DNA of 62,538 nt, filler included, from Diploschistes diacapsis (Eukaryota), in NCBI GenBank assembly GCA_023645945.1. It is 13 parts of 13 records of this genome, joined end to end, with 100 filler letters (N's around TTAATTAATTAA, not from the genome) between each part and the next. Parts side by side here need not be neighbours in the genome. Positions count along the whole stretch, not along the records: positions 47,389 to 50,351 come from JALAIB010002034.1; positions 50,452 to 53,404 come from JALAIB010002035.1; positions 53,505 to 56,452 come from JALAIB010002036.1; positions 56,553 to 59,496 come from JALAIB010002037.1; positions 59,597 to 62,538 come from JALAIB010002038.1; 8 more parts are not named here. One strand, written 5' to 3'. The notes beneath the pieces were generated by a model, which saw nothing but the letters and a program-made list of their open reading frames with translations, was not told where the DNA came from and searched no databases. Position 1 is the stretch's first letter. Every line of letters starts with the position of its first letter. Below, one piece after another: positions 47,645-60,982 of the stretch. The position numbers and the translations under genes were made by a program.

Positions 47645-48854
47645 ATGTCCGGAGCTGGTGTCAGTGTATCGGCACATGTTTAGTTCCCTGCCACTGAATC
47701 AATGTAGGATAGGGAGCCGGTGTTTCCCACGCGGCAATCACTGGGAACAATGAAGACAAAGTTGAAGGGCGCTGAGACAGGCCACAGCCTTCTCAAGAGG
47801 AAAAGTGAGGCATTGACAAAGTAAGCTTCAAGAGTCTACTCTAAGTAAGCTAACAAGGCATAGACGCTTTCGAGGCATGTTCCGTAACAGGGCTGCAATC
47901 GCATTCCTGACCAGTTTTCAGAAATCACAAGAAGAATCGATGAAGCCAAGCGCAAAATGGGGCGGGTCATGCAGATTGCAGCCTTCTCGTTGGCAGAGGT
48001 TACATACGCTGTTGGTGGAGATATTGGTTATCAAATCCAAGAGTCAGTCAAGGCCGCACGTTTTCGAGTACGGACGAAGCAAGAAAATGTATCTGGCGTC
48101 TTTCTGCCACAATTTGAAAGCTATACCACCGAAGGAAATAACGATTTTGGTCTTACTGGGTTAGGCAAGGGCGGACAGCAGGTTCAGCGTTGCAGGGAAA
48201 CCTACGCAAGGGCTGTAGAAACTCTTGTTGAACTTGCTAGTCTCCAGGTAATGCATACTTCAATTAAGGTATAGGGACAACATTAACTTGTAAAGACGGC
48301 TTTCGTCACTCTAGACGAGGTTATCAAAGTAGTCAATCGAAGGGGTAAGCTTAATTCAACAATTGTCGGTCAATGCTAACGGGTTATATTAGTCAATGCC
48401 ATGTAGGATTCTTCTCTATGATGTCCTTTTGAATCTACTAACGAAGTATTTTGGAATACAGTGAGCATGTGAGTGGTCCTAGATTATCCTATTTGATGCG
48501 TTGGCTTACAGATTTACCAGGTCATCATTCCTAGAACAGAGAATACAATTAAATGTGAGCACGCACCCTCTACGGATACCAATAGCGCAACTGATCTTGT
48601 ATCAGACATTAACTCCGAGCTTGACGAGATGGATCGAGAAGAGTTCTATAGATTGAAAAAGGTTGTCCTGGGAGCCTTCATAGGATTTAGCAACGAGCTC
48701 ACTTGAACAGGTAAAAAACAACAAGTTACGAGACAAAGAGGCGGGAGATCGTGAGGATGCTCAGAAGAGGATGGCGCGCGACAAGGAAAATGCTGAAAAT
48801 CCAAGTTCAAGCGATTTGCTTGCGGACGGAGTGGACCAAGACATCATTTTCTAG
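47645..48854 (+). CDS. VMA8: V-ATPase V1 subunit D (many introns, microexons)
   Basis: DREPVFPTRQSL..KGAETGHSLLKRKSEAL, ENVSGVFLP, GLTGLGKGGQQV, LVELASLQ, ELDEMDREEFYRLKK. Confidence 0.95.
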
Positions 48855-49000
48855 ACTCCAAAATGCAGTTAAGAACCGCTTCAACTCGCGGCCGTCGGAA
48901 GAATTGAGAAGATACAATTTCCATCCACGCTGTCATGTTTCAAAGAATGACCGCCAGGTCCGTATGTCCCGGCCAATGCTTCTTGAATTAATATTCATAC

Positions 49001-49917
49001 CTATTTTCTCTGATAAACCACCTTCATTACTTTGCCGTCCCCTAGAGACATGCCGGAGGTCCTTTCTTTTGCACTAATCGCACCAGCCTCCGCTTCATAT
49101 TCCACAAATGCAATCCCCTTACGGCCAGGTACCAGGCGGACTTCCCTAAATCCTTCAAACGCTCCAAAAACCGAAGTGAGGCTCTCTACGTCGTAATGGT
49201 CGGGTAGGTTCTGTATGAAGAGAATTTTGTTTGGTGGAAGATATTCCTCAGGAACGACCGCTCCCGCAGCAGGGTTTGATGATTTGAGCCCAGCCCCGCG
49301 AGTTGCCTTAATGGCACGAGCTGGTACTTCGGCGTTCGCATCTGCAGATCGCTTGATCTTTTTCGACGCTTCTGCGGCCTCACTCGCTTGCCGTCTCTCT
49401 ACATAATGTCTGCTATTAGCGGTCTTACATTACAATGAACGCAGTCGTTCACTGTACCTTTCTCGGCGAGGCGCTTTCTTTTATGGTGTTCAAATCCCTC
49501 TTTCGTGCCCTCCCTTGCAAGTGTAGCATCACTCCTAGTTTTTGCATAGTCAAGAATCATGGGCTTGTCGAACAGTTCAAACCCTTGAATCTCGCCAATA
49601 GCACGCGCCGCCGACGCAACATCATCAAATACCACAAATGCTTGCCCTTTGGCTTTTAGGTTTGATTTTGCAACAAGGTCGATAACCTTGCCATATTCCG
49701 AGAAGATCTCGTTTAGTGCTTCCTTCAGCTGGTCGATCTTGATCCGCTCTTCTAGATTCTTAACCTGTCACTTCTTAGTGCGAGTAACCCCAGGTCGCCG
49801 GAACCTCACGTAGACACTAAGAAAGTATTTAGTAACTATCGTCATATTGAATGTAAAGCAGACTTACGTCGCATTCGGTGGATTCGCGGGACCGGATGGA
49901 ATCTTGACAGCCACCAT
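49001..49917 (-). CDS. SNRPA: U1A/U2B''-family snRNP protein with two RRMs (probably U1A)
   Basis: PPNATVYVKNLEERIK..LKAKGQAFVVFD..DYAKTRSD; VPEEYLPPNKILFIQNLP..EVRLVPGRKGIAFVEY. Confidence 0.9.
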
Positions 49918-50451
49918 TATCTGGGTGCTGGATGCTGAACGTTCGATTAAACTTGGGTGAATATACTTGAAGATATTGATCCACTTATTCAATCTATCAT
50001 GATCCCATAGTTGATGTGAGTACAGTGCCTAATAGTAGATATTACAGGCTTGGCACTCTACGGCGGTAGCATTTTAAGAGGCTGTTTGCCTACAGTACAT
50101 TGCAAAAGTTAATAGATAAGTTTAGCATTCTTGGCGTAAGCGTAGCTATAGAAAACTGACTTTGATATATATAATTCCTAAGCGAAGCGTAGGGCTATAT
50201 TTGGGCATGTCCTATTCTGCCTATTATAAAATTGTATAACATATTTAGTGGCGCCCTAGTGATACATTCTGTCTAGTTCGCTGTGGCTCTGCTAAATACT
50301 TAGATCTCCATATAATTTAAACACAAATACATAACACTTATAGAAATAGGCNNNNNNNNNNNNNNNNNNNNNNNNNNNNNNNNNNNNNNNNNNNNTTAAT
50401 TAATTAANNNNNNNNNNNNNNNNNNNNNNNNNNNNNNNNNNNNNNNNNNNN

Positions 50452-53404
50452 GAAATCTAAGAAAAAGTTATAAAAGTATAAAAAAAAAAAAGAAGAAGAT
50501 TACAAAATTTATTGGTCTCTATCTACAGATTAGGCTAAAGGCAACCGAGATATATAACTCGGAGAAATACTTACGCAAAAAAAAGATCCTGGTCGCTAGA
50601 AGATGTCTCTATAGTGCCCGCGACGATACTAAATAAAGAAAAAGATGTTAATTATGTACCCTACCTCGGGCTTTTCATCCTGCTTTTCATGGTCTCAGCC
50701 TTTAGTATCGTATTTTACTCGATTAAAAATATATTAATTTAACACGCTCGAGGCGAGGTCTTATCGAAAGTTCTAACATCATGATTCTAAGTTAATATTG
50801 GTATTATTTAATGCTTAAGGTTGAAAAAATGGGACGTCTTTCTTTATTTTAGTTTATAAATACAGCGAATCAACCTATTATAAAATATATAAATATTAAA
50901 TCTTTACAGTCTTATATTTAGATATAGTAATATCTTGTTTTAGTTTATAGAAGCTTGATACGTTATTATTTATATATAAGATACCATTTATTTTTCGATT
51001 GTTTGAAAGATGGTTTTCGTAATTGTTGGGGACTGTAATTTTAGCATAAGACCTGGTTTGACCAGCAGATATGCTAGTTGTTGTAATCAGCTCGAGACGT
51101 TTCCAGTAATAGGGGCTGACTGAATCGAGATGATTCGTATGAAGTTGCGGCTGCTGCTGAACTTTAAAGATGCCTCTACTTTCCTTTATAGATCATTATT
51201 AGCCAACATGCCTGTGTTTAGGCTCTCTATTAATCTTTTTAGATATGGTATGTAGGTAGAAACGATGCCGAGGCTTTGAATCAGTTACGTTATTAATATA
51301 AACGTCCATGCTAAAAATGATATAGATCCGTCTACGTTTTTCAGAATCAACATAACCTGCGTTATATTATATATTATTATATTATATTATAGATTAACGT
51401 GGTTTAGGAACGTAAATTAATCAGAAATGTATATAATATACGAATCGAGAAAAACGTAATAACAATAAACTTCGTTTTAAAAAACAATTGGACATTATAT
51501 ACGATAACGGAAGGAAGGATAACAAATATAGCATCTATAATGACACTAAGGAGTCTAAAATATGTATAGAAACCTTCAATATCGAAATATTACGCTCCTT
51601 TATAATCCCATAATGAGAGTAAGTGGTATAAAAATACGAAACCGAGTATTTTTATAACGACCCACAGGCCAGTTATAGCGAGAAGAATAAAGATAACCCT
51701 TTAATAAGGTGCAACGGGCGTGAAAATCCTGACGAAAAAAACAACCGATAATTTTAAACAAGCTTAGCTTAACACGAAAAGAATTAAAAAAGCATAAACG
51801 GATTGAATTAATTAATCTATCTTCGGATCGGAATCATCAATTAAGATTACCTTTTTTTAAACGATAAGCTCGTCCGTTAAAACGTTGTCCACGATTAACC
51901 CCAGATTATGACCCATAATATTCGATAAAACTGCCGTTTGACATACAATAAATATCTATTTAATATTAGAAGTCGGTTTCTATACGATAAATAGTAAACG
52001 TACAATCGAAAGAAAAATAAAGATATTATTAAGACCTGTAGAACGCGTAATATGAAATCTGGTTAATAAACGGGCGAATACAATCATAGTCGTTGCAATA
52101 AAAAGATATTAACTAAAAACATTAATTAGGGATCTGTGATCGGTAGAAGAATCCGCAGGATAGGAATGCACTAATTATAAAGACATAATGTTTTCAACTT
52201 TCGAGATATGGAATCGACGAAAAAATGTTGATAGAAATGAGAATAATGGCGCTCGGGTAGTCTCTTCTAGCTTACCTTTCCTTCCTGCCGGATGCTACGG
52301 GGCCACTAAGGTAGCGCTAGCATTAGACGTGGATAAAATAGTTTTTCCATTTGTATGCCGGAAAGCAATACCGATTTTCCCGATCTTTACTTACATCAAG
52401 TTATTGTTTATCGTCAAGAAAGCTTTACTTTTTATTCTAAGCTCGGTACTGCGATATTATTGAAGGTAATTTAACCAGCCGTCGCACTCAATTAATTATT
52501 AAAAACCCATCGAGTAGTTAAAGGAAAGATAATGTATTAAAAAATAAACGGAAGCGTCCGGTAAATCACCCTATTTCCTATTACATAGATTAAAAGGATT
52601 AAATATAACGTACTGACTTTTGTATAACTGCATCTCAGCGTATAACTTTACCGTAAAGCTCTAGTTCTAGGACTTTGTTTCCACTATCTAAATAGAATCG
52701 TAGTTTTACCGCTTTTTAGATTATGCCGTCGGGTTTATTTTCTTTTTCTAAACTCGGTATGGGCAATTCCGAATTTCTTAAGGTAGAAGGAAAGCTGCTT
52801 TCTAGACAGATTCTGTTTTGGCCCTTTAGCTCGATGGTAGATCCGCCGTAGTAGGTGTACCAGGTGTATAGCTAGTTTAGTGTGTTATTAGGAACGTCAG
52901 TTGCTCGGTTGTTGGTTGCTATCTGATCGGTTGAAGGGAAAGTAGTAGAATTTTCGTAATTAGGTCTGGTAAGGGGCTGGGAGTGGGGGGAAAGGCAAAT
53001 TCTTTAAAGTCCTTGATGGGACTGGGTGTTACTACGAGGTCGGTAAAAGCAATCCATCAGTAAGCTTAGCGACTATTACATTTCGTACTGTCTTTTTGAA
53101 ACAAGTTGAGACCAAAGCCTGATTCATCATTATATAACGCATTAGAAGCAGTAATAATGAGATTAATAGTTATACGGGATGAAACATGGTACATAAGATT
53201 ATGAAATTCGTTTTATTCGGTTTATTTATTAATATAAATTTTAATTACGATTAGATTGAATTAAGATCAAATTTTTCGTATTATATAACCTGTTTTTTTT
53301 AATTATTTATTCTCTAAACATTATTCCGTGATAATTATAAACTTATATTTGCAAGTTTTAAGCTCTTTAGAAAATTAATGTCCAAAACGCGGAATGTATA
53401 TTTC
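50452..53404 (-). mobile_element. RIP-degraded repeat, probably a LINE (Tad-like) remnant
   Basis: AT-rich and stop-riddled; minus-strand QDFHARCTLLKG near 51700-51733 resembles the APE endonuclease GDFNAxHxLWG motif. Confidence 0.45.
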
Positions 53405-53754
53405 NNNNNNNNNNNNNNNNNNNNNNNNNNNNNNNNNNNNNNNNNNNNTTAATTAATTAANNNNNNNNNNNNNNNNNNNNNNNNNNNNNNNNNNNNNNNN
53501 NNNNGTGGGGGGAGGGTTTGGGTGTGGGTACCCCTTTTTCTTTTACTTCCCCTTTTCATGTTCCGTTGGGGTGGTTTCAGGCGGGGGCAAGAGGTGAAGG
53601 GTGCGCCTTACGTTGATGGAAGAGCCTTGATGTGAATATGAGAGGCCGAAGTCGGAAACGATGATGAATGAGTAAAAGGATAAAGGGTATCTACGGTCGG
53701 GTTATGGCGATTAAGGTACTAAGACGAAAAGATAGGGGCTAACTTGTTTGATAG

Positions 53755-55635
53755 GGTCAAGTTGGCGAATGAGGTTACCTATAAGAGGTTCGTACAGTCA
53801 TTCTTCTCTTGATCTATCTGCCGATAAAGTATGTACGAAAGAACTGACGATGATAACCATGGCTCTACAGAATGAACTGGACCATGGAGCGCATGCAGAA
53901 CATGCAAGGGAGCGAACACACAACCCTCATGCGCGTCCTCTTCGGCATGGAATCTCCCACGCCCCTACCGGTGAACCTTGAAGACCCAGAACGAGGTGCA
54001 GGAGAAGTCTCTTTCTTCGACTCGACCCTCAACGACTCCCAAAAGGATGCCGTCCGCTTTGCCTTGGCCTCAAAGGAAGTAGCCCTAATCCACGGTCCCC
54101 CAGGAGTACGTACGTCTCCTTTTTACCTATACCATATCATCCTAAGCTAACACCACCAGACTGGTAAGACATACACCCTAATCGAGCTAATCCTTCAGCT
54201 CCTCGCCCGCAAGCAACGCATCCTCGTTTGTGGCCCTTCCAATATCTCTGTCGATAATATCGTCGAGCGCCTGGCGCCGCATAAGGTACCCATCATTCGT
54301 CTGGGCCATCCGGCGCGCCTCCTACCTTCAGTACTGAGCCATTCCCTCGATGTCCTTACCCGTACCTCTGAAGCGGCCGAGCTTGTCAAGGATATAAGGA
54401 AGGAAATGGACGATAAACAGGCCAGCATTAAAAAGACGCGCAGCGGACGGGAGCGTAAGGCAATTTATGGGGACATTAAGGAGCTGAGGAAAGAGTATAG
54501 GGAGAGGGAGAAGAAGTGTGTGAGCACACTAGTGCAGGGGTCAAAGGTAGTGCTTGCGACGCTGCATGGATCTGGGGGCTCGCAGGTGCGGAGCGAGAGG
54601 TTCGACGTGGTGATCATCGACGAGGCGAGTCAGGCGCTCGAGGCACAGTGCTGGGTGGCGCTGTTGAATGCGAGCAAGGTGGTGCTGGCAGGGGATCACC
54701 TGCAGCTGCCGCCGACAGTGAAGTCGAGGGATACGAAGAAGTTGAGCACCAATACAAAGAGCAAAGAAAAGGAGAAGAATAATGGCAAAGATAAGCACAA
54801 AGGCCAAGCCGCAGTCAAGGAAGAAGACGACAAAAGAGACCAAATTGAAAAAACACTTAAGGAATCTGCCGGCTCCACAAACGGCCTAACATTGGAGACC
54901 ACTCTCTTCGACCGCCTTCTCTCTCTCCACGGACCCTCCATAAAGCGCATGCTGACAACCCAATACCGCATGCACTCTACAATAATGGCCTTCCCCTCCG
55001 CGGAGCTCTACGAGGGCAAACTCGCCGCCGCCGACGCTGTCAAATCTCGCCTCTTGAAAGACCTCCCTTACGAAGTCGCCGACACGGAAGACACTCGCGA
55101 ACCGCTCGTATTCTGGGATACCCAGGGCGGCGATTTCCCAGAGATGGTCGAAGAGGAAGACGAGGGAGGGGGCGGCAAGGTGAGCAAAAGCACCTTGCTG
55201 GGCGACAGCAAGAGCAATCCCAGCGAAGCCCTCCTGGCGACGCGGCACGTCAGCCGGCTCGTCGAAGCAGGCGTCAAGCCGGAAGACATTGCGGTGGTGA
55301 CGCCGTACAACGCGCAGCTCGCGCTGCTCTCGCGGGCCATGAAGGAGCGTTTCCCGGGCCTCGAGCTGGGATCCGTGGACGGGTTCCAGGGGAGGGAGAA
55401 GGAGGCGGTGGTGGTGAGTTTGGTGCGGAGCAATGCCGAGCACGAGGTGGGGTTTTTGGCGGAGAAGAGGAGGCTGAATGTGGCGATGACGAGGCCGAGG
55501 AGGCACCTCTGTGTGATCGGGGACTCGGAGACGGTGGGCAGGGGGAGCGGCTTTCTGAAGAGGTGGATGGCGCATTTGGAGGGGGAGGGGGAGGTGAGGT
55601 ATCCGGATGTTTCGGAGCTGCAGCAAGGGGCGTGA
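53755..55635 (+). CDS. HCS1: Upf1-like SF1 helicase Hcs1/IGHMBP2, 5'-truncated
   Basis: VKLANEVTYKR, LNDSQKDAV, IHGPPG|TGKT, IIDEASQALE, GDHLQLPP, QYRMH, VTPYNAQ, DGFQGREKE, RRLNVAMTR. Confidence 0.93.
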
Positions 55636-55943
55636 TGGAGGTGTGTGTAGTCAGATGCGGGTGGATGGCTGTAATTCACATGGTGGATGGACGATATTCG
55701 TCGACAGACAGACAGACGAAAGCATGTAGAAAGTCCGAGACCTTCAAGAACAGGACATGCGGCGCGCAGACAGAAAAGTTAGGCCAACGCTTCTTGGCGA
55801 CGTATTTAGGGGTCTGACAGGAAAGTCCAAACAGCAACGGAATGCCCGAGGTACTGTTGAACCTCCCAGGCAACAGAAAAATAGATTTGCACAACAGCAA
55901 CACCGCCAAAAAAAAACCCCCCCCCCCATGTCCCTCATCTCCC

Positions 55944-56435
55944 CTACGTCTTCGCCTCCGCCCCCGGCGGCGCCGTCTCCGCCAGCTCCTTCAGGATGAC
56001 CTCCTTCAGCGCCTCGGGCTTGGTGGTGCTGGCCCACCTGCCCTTGACCGTGCCGTCGCGGCCGACCAGGAACTTCTCAAAGTTCCACTTGACGCGCCTG
56101 AGCCCCAGCAGGCCCGGCCGCTGGGCCTTCAGCCACTCCCACAGCGGATCGGCCCCGTCGCCGTTGACCTCGACCTTGCGCAGCACGGGGAAGGCGACGC
56201 CGTAGTTGAGCCGGCAGAAGGACTGGATGGCCTCGTCGCTGCCCGGGTCCTGCGCCCCGAACTGGTTGCACGGGAAGCCCAGGATCTGGAAGGAGCCCGG
56301 GTGCGAGGCCGCCAGCGAGGCGTGCAGCGCCTGCAGCGCCTCCAACTGCGGCGTGAAGCCGCACTTCGACGCCGTGTTGACCACCAGCACGACCTTGCCG
56401 CGGAGCGAGCCGAGGTCGAAGGGTTGGCCGCGCTC
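55944..56435 (-). CDS. HYR1: Cys-type glutathione/thiol peroxidase, 5'-truncated
   Basis: GKVVLVVNTASKCGFTPQ, GFPCNQFG, WNFEKFLV. Confidence 0.92.
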   Translation of the reverse strand, partial: ERGQPFDLGSLRGKVVLVVNTASKCGFTPQLEALQALHASLAASHPGSFQILGFPCNQFGAQDPGSDEAIQSFCRLNYGVAFPVLRKVEVNGDGADPLWEWLKAQRPGLLGLRRVKWNFEKFLVGRDGTVKGRWASTTKPEALKEVILKELAETAPPGAEAKT

Positions 56436-56824
56436 TGGGATGGGAGGGGGGGNNNNNNNNNNNNNNNNNNNNNNNNNNNNNNNNNNNNNNNNNNNNTTAA
56501 TTAATTAANNNNNNNNNNNNNNNNNNNNNNNNNNNNNNNNNNNNNNNNNNNNACCTAATTTTTAGTGCTTACATATACTCTACGCAAACATGAGTAAGTT
56601 AAGTGCTGTGGCTTGATCGGGCGACCAATTTATAAGCAGTTCAATCGGAGTTGTGATCGAACTGAAGCTCCCTTTTTACAACCTACAACATGCCTACATG
56701 TCCGAACCGACTTTCACTTGACTTTAATGCTAGATTCCAATTTCACTGATTCGCTTTACAGGATCGTCTTTACAGGATCGTCGCAACATCATACGTCCTT
56801 GGGGCCTGTCAGTGAAATGACCAC

Positions 56825-58532
56825 ATGACGTTCCGCATTATGCCCTCTATGCCGTATTTTGCACCTTCGGGGAGGTACGCTAGCAATGGTTTCCGCAACG
56901 ATTACCTGGACGGCATCTCACATTCAGGGCATCCTACAATGTACACGCTTGCAGGCGACGTTATACCAGTACAACACCAGGAACAGTCACAGTTCGCCGG
57001 TCTAGTTCAGGCCGCACAAGCAGTGGCCAGCCATGAGGAGCCAGCATCTGGGACAACGCTTCCGACAGATGAAAATTTACGGGCCTCGGGGGCTCAATCA
57101 AAAAGCAATGGAAAGCGTAGGCGGAGTCCCATGCAGGCTGATGTGCCCCGGAGACCATCGGATCCGCGAACTTCTGGTGCTAATTCAGGTTCTGCACTAT
57201 TCAGGAATTCTTCGGCCACCAAAAAGCGCACCAGGCCACCGATGTCCAAGCTCTTTTCTTCTCTCGAGCTGTCATCTGAGAACTTCCTTCAATTACAATC
57301 TGCCGCAAAACAATATATGTTAGATGATGTTTTCCCGGACAGAAGAGAAACTGTTGGAATACGGGGGAAAGGAGACAGCGAGCTTGTAAAATTACGATTG
57401 CTGGGCTGTGTGAAAGATTTTCTGGAGGGTGAGGGCAATGGAGCCAGGTTCTTTGGTTCGGATGTGTCAGGCGAAGACGGAAATCGACGGACGATGATAT
57501 GGCCGCGGGACAAACAGAAGATCGTAGCCGCAGTTACCCCTCTTTTACGCCGCATTATCACCAATGAAAGGCAAAGGCAATACGCTCTGGAGACTCGTAG
57601 CAAAGAACAGCCATCTGCTGATAGATCGCCCCACGCAGTAAGAACACCAACTGTGTCGGAACCGGAGTACCTTGACGATAGTCGAGAGCAGCTACTACCT
57701 CTGCGAGCTTCGGGACTATTCTTTGAAGAGTTCGGAGACCCTTGCAACAACCAATACTATGAATGGAAAGAACTCGCTTATGGAGAACCGCTGTCAAAGC
57801 TTGTCAACATATGGAATAGGATAGGACTCAAGAAAGATGATTTTAACGATCTGATCAAGACGCTTCACTGGCATTTCAGATCCACCCACATGAGCTCTGA
57901 GCGCGGGGTAATATCATGCTCTGCGCCATGTGAGCGAGCCGTGATAGAAAAGCTAGTTGTATCAGGGTTGTGGCAAGATGGCCATTGGGGATGTGACCCC
58001 CTGTCAAATTATTGTGATAGAACAAGCTTGTCAGTCGACTCTCAGCCTCAATTACCTTTCCTAACATAGATGAAACAGCGTTCGCTTAAGACTTCACGAC
58101 TTGTTCGCAATCATCCGAGATGCGCTAGGATTCCATCTGCCTTCGATGCGTACGAGCATTACTGGTTCGGCATTGCGAGCAGCTTCGGAATCCGAAAGCG
58201 ATATTCGCGAACGATATTCACGGATGGAAGTCTCCTCTCCCACGAAGGCTTTTACCATCACGTTGCGTATTAGTCTCCTGAGAGGGGGCCATAGCATCAT
58301 GCCGCGTCGTGAAGTGCCATCCGACATTTGCCCCTATTTACATACTGTCATGCAGAAGGCACTGGAGGCCATTGGGCCGATGAGCACCGAGAATTGCGAA
58401 GTCAAAGCTCATCTACCTCAAGGTTTGAAATCGATCGCCTGTGACGAGGATTGGACAGACGCTGTCAGAGAGGCCACAACCACGGAATGGATGCATCGTG
58501 AACTTGACGTGATTGTGACTTTACGCGAGTAA
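56825..58532 (+). CDS. Conserved fungal hypothetical protein (probable intron ~58030-58069)
   Basis: 414-aa plus 143-aa ORFs joined by a GTCAGT..CTAAC..TAG intron; block TRPPMSKLFSSLELSSENFLQLQSAAKQYMLD..RRETVG.RGKGDSELVKLRL. Confidence 0.7.
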
Positions 58533-59154
58533 GCGGCTACGTCTTTCCCGTCGAATCAAGGACTTTGAAACTATGAAGCCTCACGCTATGCACAGGGCAG
58601 ACTCTATCTGCTGCTATATTTTCAAAGTCAAGAGAAGTTGGTTGCTTTCAGTAGTATTTCCCAAACTGATGTTTCCATATGTCATTCTATCTCCCTGGGG
58701 CTCGTCATTATTACAGACAACAAGAGCCCTTAAGGGCAGAAGATGGGCAGAAGGAGCGGCCAGAAAGGGAGGCTAATGCTGAGGAGGGCTCAGCCATATC
58801 GGCATTGGCACCGTGGTACGTGGTAGGAATTCAGAAGGATATTTTTTGGAATCTCGTCTGATGTTAGGATTCCTGACTTCGCGGTATTATGCGGCTAATG
58901 TGCTTTACCACTCAGGTCCCGCGTTCGGTGCTGTCCACACAAGTAATTACTTGAAAATGGGCAGTGATGTTATACGAAAGACTTGTGGGCTTTGGCGGCT
59001 CTGGGGGTTGCATTGGATACTTTACAACGCTGCTTTATTGCGCAGTTGTTCCTAAGCGAAGCGCAGGACTATAATTGCACATTAGTGTCTTTATGGGTGC
59101 AGAAAAAACCGTAGATAAGGAATTCACTCCGAAAGTATCAGTCAAGGATATTAT

Positions 59155-59183
59155 AACTAAACTGAACTGAACTGAACTGAACT
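59155..59183. repeat. (ACTGA)n microsatellite in an AT-rich repeat remnant
   Basis: aactaaactgaactgaactgaactgaact. Confidence 0.8.
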
Positions 59184-60982
59184 CCCCGTCGCGTTTATGT
59201 TTCTCGTTCTTGCCCATAGTCTTTTTTATTTAATATTTTTAATACATCTTTCGATATTTATCGTTATAGTTTATTGAAAGTGGTGGAAGTTCCTAATAGA
59301 TAACAGATGACTAAGATGAATTCAGCAGCTAGTCCTAACTAGGAAATATTTCTAGCCTGCCTAGCCTGGTAGCTGACTATTGTTCAGTAATAATATATTG
59401 AAGAGGTTAAAGGTTATATCTAAGAATGATGGAGAATGAGAGGCCTTTTATAGGCACATTTCACGTTAGTATGATTAATAATGATTTAATCTAGAANNNN
59501 NNNNNNNNNNNNNNNNNNNNNNNNNNNNNNNNNNNNNNNNTTAATTAATTAANNNNNNNNNNNNNNNNNNNNNNNNNNNNNNNNNNNNNNNNNNNNCCTA
59601 CGCCCACCGAGCCGCGCAACAACACAGACCCGGCCCCCCCACGACTCCCGTGCAATTCCACCGCAAAACAGCCACAAAAGAACGGCGGCATGGAGGCCCC
59701 CGCCATGATGAAGAATCACCCCCCGCCCTCCGCGACGACCATCGCCAGCGAGATCACGCGCGGGCCTCCGGCGCGCCGACATCGTGAGCCGCAGCGCCCC
59801 TTCTCCTTGCCCTCCCCGCGCGCTTCGACCGGGAGATGGGGGCGTGGCGCGCGAGCGAGCCGTGTGGATCGCGCATGCGAACGGACGCCTGCGGCTTTGT
59901 GGACGCCGTGATATAGGATGGATCTGCTTTACGGGGAGCACGTTCCCCACGCTGAAGAGGGCGCTGTTTTGTTTCGGCGCGGCGGGGACGGTGGTGGCTC
60001 GCCGCTGGCTTGTGGAGAAGGTGCGGAAGCGGGAGGTGGGGTGACGGCGTAGCTGTGCGAGGGGGAATAGGGAGTGGGTTGGAGAGTGATGAGCGGTATT
60101 AGCATTTTGAGGGGAAGGCGGGTTAGAGAGGAGGTGGAAGGGGAGATGAGGGCTGAGACGTGGTAGTGAAGGAGATGGCTGGGTTTTGTGTGGGTAGGGG
60201 ATATGGTGTGGGGGCTTTGACTAGACGGCTCCCGGCGGTGTCGTAGACGAAGGTCGGCGCGCATGTCCATCTGAATCCTACCGGAAGCTGGTTGTGAAGG
60301 GGAACTTTGTATTGCTGATGGCGCTTAACGTGAGTGATTTGGGTTTTCAAAACGCCAAGGACCAAAACACCGAGATCAGCTCGGGGAATGTACTAGAAAG
60401 GCGTACGGGGCGGAGACAGTCGTCTTCTTGTACTGTTGCTAAACCCCTTGATGGGCACGAGTTTGGTTGATACGAGCCGCAGGTGGTCAAGTTCTGAGCA
60501 GGCTACACGTCTAATACTGTGGATTTGCTAGACTTAATGGACCTTATCCCAACCTTTTACTTGCCTACAAGAAGAAACGAGCCTTGGCTTGCGCGTACCG
60601 AAGGTTGATGGTGCTGAAGGGAATCAATCAAGGTTGAACACCCTAAATTCAGTGCAAATTAAGTTGGACGGTGATGAGAGAAGGTAAGGAAAATGATAGT
60701 GGATGGTTTGCAGGTTGAAGAGTTCCTGAGGCCTGCGTCGTGAGTATTTCTTGACTCATTTCTTGCTGTTACATCCACAAGAGCTCCCCTAGGTTCTCCA
60801 ATTCAATAGGCAGACGAGATAGGGGGACTCCAGATATCTGCAGTTTGCTCCCTGAATTTTCTTTCAAAAAACAAATTTCAAAGTCCAAGCCGTTTTCTTG
60901 TTCAACATAAGAAAATTCTTTACAACAATCATCGGCAACCTCAGACTACGCTCACCATCATATAATAAAGCTCAAGAGAGAA

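Noticed and set aside
55944..56435. Selenocysteine-type glutathione peroxidase
   Set aside because: Active-site codon is TGC (Cys) in NTASKCG; no in-frame TGA.
3015..59596. Regularly spaced TTAATTAATTAA palindrome about every 3 kb, resembling an array
   Set aside because: Artificial six-frame-stop spacer between contigs. Contig lengths fall steadily from ~3014 to 2942 (except one 25.7-kb contig), which reflects file order, not biology.
59597..60365. GC-rich ORFs at the start of the last contig
   Set aside because: Several competing frames with no recognisable product; may be a truncated gene end, but it cannot be supported.
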